Shown in pieces: positions 59,827 through 64,000 of a stretch of DNA of 64,000 nucleotides. The number at the start of each line of letters is the position of its first letter. Position 1 is the stretch's first letter. This DNA is from an uncultured bacterium (GTDB lineage Bacteria > Acidobacteriota > DATKUA01): assembly GCA_965602675.1 (NCBI GenBank), contig CBFCZO010000004.1:6512-70511 (forward strand). Reading direction: 5' to 3'. A model generated the notes under the pieces. It was not told the origin of the DNA. It saw only the letters and a program-made list of their open reading frames with translations, and made no database searches. A program made the translations under genes and the position numbers.

Positions 59827-61321
59827 GTTGCTCGCACGGCACTCCGAATACCCTCTCGAGGGTCGAGACGCCGCCGCGGCCGTTTACTTCTTCCTTGATA
59901 TATCTCATAAATGGCGCGCGGTAGCTACCGTCTTTTCCTTCCATCAAGAAATGTACGAGCATCCAGGCTATCGAGTAGTTGCGCACGAGGTTGCCGCTGT
60001 AGAACTGCTCCCGTCCTTCCTTCGAGAGGAAGTCCTCGAAGCGGAAGCGCCAGCCGTGGCGCATTGTTTGCTGCAGCCAGAGAATACGCGCGAGAGGCGG
60101 ATTATCGGCTCTGATGCTGAGCGGCAGCCGATAGATGGGCGTGTCCCCGGCGCCGCGCATTGGCCTCGCTCCGACGAAAATCCTTCCGAGTTGCAGCTTC
60201 CCGTCCCTGTCGATCGCCGAGTTGCCGAAATAGTTGGCAATCCCCTCGTCCAGCCACAACAGCGATCGGTCGCGCGGAAAGCCGAGAATTGTGTGGTTGT
60301 AGTGATGCGTGGCCTCATGAATCAGCGTCCGCAGAGTGCCTTTACCGCGGTTGGGGTCGGGATACAGAGCGATGATACCGCTCTCGTAATGCCCCGCCGT
60401 GCGTACTGCGTCGCCGTTTCCGGACCTCGCCTCCGGATAGAACTCCTGATAGGCATCGAACGAGGGCATCAGCAGCACGAAAACCTTCCTCTCGCTGGTT
60501 TCCTCGGTAATCAGCGGGGCAAATGTTTCGAGATAAGTGGTTCTCAGGTTCCTCAGGATTCGCTCGGCCTCACCGGCCCACCCCCTGTCTTTAAAGCGGA
60601 TGATGAACTCGCCGATGCGGATCTCCCCCACCTCATCGCCCATCAGCCTCGTAGCCAATAGCAGCCGCCCGGGTTCCACACCCAGCGGCAACGCGGCGAG
60701 ATCGGAAGAACTGTAGTGGGTGAATAGGTCCCCCGCAGCGGATGGATCCAGGAGGGCCTTGTCGATGGAGACGGCGTCGGGCGGATCGACCCCGACAAAT
60801 ATCTCCACCTTCATCTGCTTCTTGCCGCCCTCGCTGACGCCCTCACCCGGCTCCAGCACTGGCGTGCCCCCGCGCACCGAGGCTGCCCCGGCTGCAGGGC
60901 CAACACTTTTTACAAAGCTGTGCACCCAGCCCTTGCCGATCGAGAATTCCAGCAGGAACCAACCGTCCTTTTCCGCAAGGGAGAGCAGGTTGGCCTGTTT
61001 GCGGACCTCGCCGATGATCGGGCTGTGAATATCCGGCTTGGCGAATATCAGGTGGCCCTCACCGACAAGCACGTAGTGCGGGCCCTGAATAAACCTCACG
61101 TTTACATGAGGGCGGGGTTGCGGTCCCGCATAATCCTCACGGGGAGGAGTCTTTACCGGAAGAATCTTGAGCATTGCAAAAACGGGATCGTTCCGCGTTA
61201 GCCACTTCCCAGCATCGCTATCGGGCCAGAGCACGATCGTGAAGACTGACGCCGCCTCGGCGATGACAAGAATCGCCGACAGCAGTAGCACCCAACTGGT
61301 TATCTTGCGCGCAATGGACAC
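59789..61321 (-). CDS. DUF1570-family putative zinc metallopeptidase (HExxH) with an N-terminal signal anchor.
   Basis: TM ITSWVLLLSAILVIAEAASVF. HEATHH zinc-binding motif in the context LIHEATHHYNH. A basic/aromatic-rich C-terminal region. Confidence 0.6.
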   Translation of the reverse strand: MSIARKITSWVLLLSAILVIAEAASVFTIVLWPDSDAGKWLTRNDPVFAMLKILPVKTPPREDYAGPQPRPHVNVRFIQGPHYVLVGEGHLIFAKPDIHSPIIGEVRKQANLLSLAEKDGWFLLEFSIGKGWVHSFVKSVGPAAGAASVRGGTPVLEPGEGVSEGGKKQMKVEIFVGVDPPDAVSIDKALLDPSAAGDLFTHYSSSDLAALPLGVEPGRLLLATRLMGDEVGEIRIGEFIIRFKDRGWAGEAERILRNLRTTYLETFAPLITEETSERKVFVLLMPSFDAYQEFYPEARSGNGDAVRTAGHYESGIIALYPDPNRGKGTLRTLIHEATHHYNHTILGFPRDRSLLWLDEGIANYFGNSAIDRDGKLQLGRIFVGARPMRGAGDTPIYRLPLSIRADNPPLARILWLQQTMRHGWRFRFEDFLSKEGREQFYSGNLVRNYSIAWMLVHFLMEGKDGSYRAPFMRYIKEEVNGRGGVSTLERVFGVPCEQLEEELRAYVFRQ

Positions 61322-61475
61322 TAACTGACCCCGTTATACAAAATCTAGCACACAGGGCTCAAAGGTGAAGTAGTTCATATTACACACACTGAATGGACCG
61401 GGCGGGAACGATGCGTTCCCTGACGCCTGCTTTCAACGCCTCGGAAGCGGGTCTGACCGGTGTGCTGTTAGCCCC

Positions 61476-63026
61476 TCAGAGTGGTATGTTGCCGTGCTTG
61501 CGCGGCGGATTGGAATCGACCTTGCTCTCGATCATCTCCAGCGCGGCGATCAGCTTCGGCCGCGTCTCGCGCGGCAAAATCACCTCGTCAATGTAGCCGC
61601 GCTCGGCGGCGATGTAGGGGTTGGCAAACTTCTCGCGGAACTCCGCCACGCGCTCCTCGATGAACGCCTCCTTGTCCTCAGCCTGCGCGATCTCGTTACG
61701 CATCAGGATGTTCACCGCCCCGCGCGAGCCCATCACCGCGATCTCAGAGGTCGGATAAGCGAAGTTAACGTCGGTGCGGATCTGCTTGGAGGCCATGACG
61801 CAGTAGGCCCCGCCGTAACTCTTGCGCGTGATCAGGGTAATCTTGGGCACAGTCGCCTCGGCAAATGCGTAAAGCAGCTTGGCGCCGTGACGGATGATGC
61901 CGCCGAATTCCTGTTTCACGCCCGGCAGGAAGCCCGGCACGTCCTCGAAGGTGATCAGCGGAATGTTGAAGGCGTCGCAGAAGCGCACGAACCGCGCCCC
62001 CTTGATCGACGCGTCGATGTCCAGCACGCCGGCCAGGTGATCCGGCTGGTTGGCGACGATGCCGACGCTGTGGCCGCCGAGCCTGGCGAAGCCGACCACC
62101 AGGTTGCGACCCCAGTGCTGATGGACCTCGAAGAAATAGCCCTCGTCGACCACCAGGGTGATGATGCCCTTGATGTCGTAGGGCTGGTTGGGGTTGTCGG
62201 GCACGACAGCGTCGAGCGCGGCTTCGGTACGGTCGGGTGGGTCCTCGCTCTCCTTGAACGGCGGATCCTCGCGATTGTTGCCGGGAAGGAAGGAGAGCAG
62301 CTCGCGGATGCCGTCGAGGCAGTGCTGGTCGTCGGGATAGGCGAAGTGGGCCACTCCGGAGGTGGAGTTGTGCGTCATCGCGCCGCCGAGTTGTTCCTTA
62401 GTCACCTCCTCGTGCGTGACCGTCTTGATCACGTCGGGGCCGGTGATGAACATATACGAAGTGTGCTGCACCATGAAGATGAAATCGGTGATCGCCGGGC
62501 TGTAAACGGCGCCCCCGGCGCAGGGGCCCATAATCGCGCTGATCTGCGGCACCACGCCGCTGGCGATCGTGTTGCGCAGGAAGATGTCTGCGTAACCCGC
62601 CAGGCTGACCACCCCCTCCTGGATTCGGGCGCCCCCCGAGTCGTTGAGGCCGATGATCGGCACACCCATCTTCATCGCCAGGTCCATCACCTTGCAGATC
62701 TTCTCGGCGTAGGCCTCGCTCAGCGAACCGCCGAACACCGTGAAGTCCTGCGCGAAGAAATAGACCCGGCGCCCGTTGATCCGCCCGTAGCCGGTGATCA
62801 CGCCGTCGCCCGGGAACTTCTTCTTCTCCATGCCGAAGTCGGTGCTGCGATGGGTGACATAGCGGTCGATCTCGTTGAAGCTTCCTGGATCGAGCAGGTA
62901 CTCCACACGCTCGCGCGCAGTCATCTTGCCGGCATCGTGCTGACGCTTGACCCGCGCCTCCCCCCCGGCCTTCAGGGCTTCCTCGTTGCGGCGCTCAAGC
63001 TCCCTGAATTTGTCCTCCACACTCAT
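61476..63026 (-). CDS. pccB: Acyl-CoA carboxylase carboxyltransferase subunit (propionyl-CoA carboxylase beta / methylmalonyl-CoA carboxyltransferase 12S family).
   Basis: 516 aa with both carboxyltransferase halves ([72 protein letters not shown]). Confidence 0.93.
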   Translation of the reverse strand: MSVEDKFRELERRNEEALKAGGEARVKRQHDAGKMTARERVEYLLDPGSFNEIDRYVTHRSTDFGMEKKKFPGDGVITGYGRINGRRVYFFAQDFTVFGGSLSEAYAEKICKVMDLAMKMGVPIIGLNDSGGARIQEGVVSLAGYADIFLRNTIASGVVPQISAIMGPCAGGAVYSPAITDFIFMVQHTSYMFITGPDVIKTVTHEEVTKEQLGGAMTHNSTSGVAHFAYPDDQHCLDGIRELLSFLPGNNREDPPFKESEDPPDRTEAALDAVVPDNPNQPYDIKGIITLVVDEGYFFEVHQHWGRNLVVGFARLGGHSVGIVANQPDHLAGVLDIDASIKGARFVRFCDAFNIPLITFEDVPGFLPGVKQEFGGIIRHGAKLLYAFAEATVPKITLITRKSYGGAYCVMASKQIRTDVNFAYPTSEIAVMGSRGAVNILMRNEIAQAEDKEAFIEERVAEFREKFANPYIAAERGYIDEVILPRETRPKLIAALEMIESKVDSNPPRKHGNIPL

Positions 63027-63134
63027 AGTTTCCCCCTCGCCAATAGGGATGAATATGTAATTGACGCAGATTATAGCAGAGAAAGATCGCTTCCTGAGAA
63101 ATCATGGTTAGTCGATTAGGTATCAGAGTCGGAA

Positions 63135-63923
63135 CTAATCCTGAACGAGATCGGATGCCGCGGCAGGAACGTCCTCGCCCCCGCTCTTGCGGTAATTGAC
63201 CAGGTATTCATCGGGCAGGTGGATGGCGATCGCGTCGCGCACGTCGCTCATCAGCTTTTCCCGATCGCGCTTGCCGTACTTCGTTGTGTCGATCGGCTTG
63301 CCGATCACCAGCTTGATCGTGCCCTTGTGCACGCGCCAGGAGTTCTTGCGGATGATGTCCTTGGTGCCGACGATACTGACCGGCAATATCGGCACTCCGG
63401 CCCTCATCGCCAGCAGGAAGCCACCCTGCTTGAACTCCTGCAGCAGAGCGTCGGGCTGGCGGGTGCCCTCGGGGAAGAAGAGGATGGTGGTGCCGGAGCG
63501 AATCCTGTCGGCCGCCTCCAGCAGGCTCTTGGCCGAAGCGCGCGGATTGCTGCGGTCGACGGCGATCGTGCCGTAGCGCTTCAGGTGCCATCCCATGAAC
63601 GGTGTGCGGAGCCACTCCTTGCGGGCAATCCAGCGAAACTGCACGGGGATCCAGCCGCCCAAAATGAGGATGTCGTAGATCGCCTGGTGGTTGGCGGCGA
63701 ACATCTGCGGACCGTCCCGCAGGGCGTTCTCCGCTCCCTCCACCACCACCTTCGTGCGGCTGCTCCGGCAGCACCAGCGGCTCCACGTGCGCATGCAATA
63801 GTGCTGGAACCTGCCCGTTTTGGAAAAGAGGGAGCCGATTACGGAGAGCGTCCCCCACAATACCGTGCTGACGACCCCTCCAGTCCACGCGATGACTGAA
63901 AATATTATCGATCCAGATCCCAT
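63135..63923 (-). CDS. plsC: 1-acyl-sn-glycerol-3-phosphate acyltransferase (PlsC/LPAAT).
   Basis: N-terminal TM, HX4D acyltransferase motif (ANHQAIYDIL), and FPEGTR motif. Confidence 0.85.
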   Translation of the reverse strand: MGSGSIIFSVIAWTGGVVSTVLWGTLSVIGSLFSKTGRFQHYCMRTWSRWCCRSSRTKVVVEGAENALRDGPQMFAANHQAIYDILILGGWIPVQFRWIARKEWLRTPFMGWHLKRYGTIAVDRSNPRASAKSLLEAADRIRSGTTILFFPEGTRQPDALLQEFKQGGFLLAMRAGVPILPVSIVGTKDIIRKNSWRVHKGTIKLVIGKPIDTTKYGKRDREKLMSDVRDAIAIHLPDEYLVNYRKSGGEDVPAAASDLVQD

Positions 63924-64000
63924 AACTTCCGCCAGATGAAAGAATTGTAGGAAGTCGCTCCGATGGAGTCAACAATTGATAGCCGATCCGCCCTGTGGTA

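Noticed and set aside
61494-63119. 541-aa plus-strand ORF opposite pccB.
   Set aside because: Antisense shadow ORF. The carboxyltransferase on the minus strand is strongly supported.

Overview
This is a high-GC (about 60-65%) chromosomal segment, densely coding and dominated by motility genes; the gene order points to a Deltaproteobacteria/Desulfuromonadales-like lineage. No rRNA, tRNA, CRISPR array or transposase was recognisable, and nothing resembling a canonical defence system was seen.

- **1-7.9 kb:** a Geobacter-style type IV pilus module, pilB-pilT-pilC-pilS-pilR, with no pilin gene downstream.
- **7.9-16.6 kb:** housekeeping genes (CPA2 antiporter, sirtuin, carA/carB, pta).
- **16.8-20.2 kb:** an mglB-mglA (Ras-like GTPase plus roadblock GAP) pair, directly preceded by two paralogous tail-anchored coiled-coil proteins.
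- **20.2-35.9 kb:** a long minus-strand flagellar super-operon. It runs motA, motB, motB', fliL, fliN, fliO, fliP, fliQ, fliR, flhB, flhF, flhG, fliA, fliM, fliY, two HDOD proteins, a small membrane protein, a FliK-like protein and a stand-alone FlhB_C paralog. flhA is conspicuously absent.
- **36-41 kb:** a frameshifted M29-like aminopeptidase gene, then lgt-lspA-ileS.
- **41.6-49 kb:** TPR lipoprotein, aminotransferase, glycerophosphodiester phosphodiesterase, two tandem ABC-2 permeases without an ATPase, and a Memo-like gene.
- **49-56.3 kb:** a surA_N-bamA-tamB envelope biogenesis block.
- **56.4-63.9 kb:** a 4x HTH-repeat basic protein, then a three-subunit acyl-CoA carboxylase operon (pccB, accC, BCCP) interrupted by a DUF1570 HExxH peptidase gene, then plsC.

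The most unusual content is the MglAB-linked coiled-coil pair, the HDOD/FliK-like/FlhB_C accessory tail of the flagellar operon, and the HTH-repeat protein.
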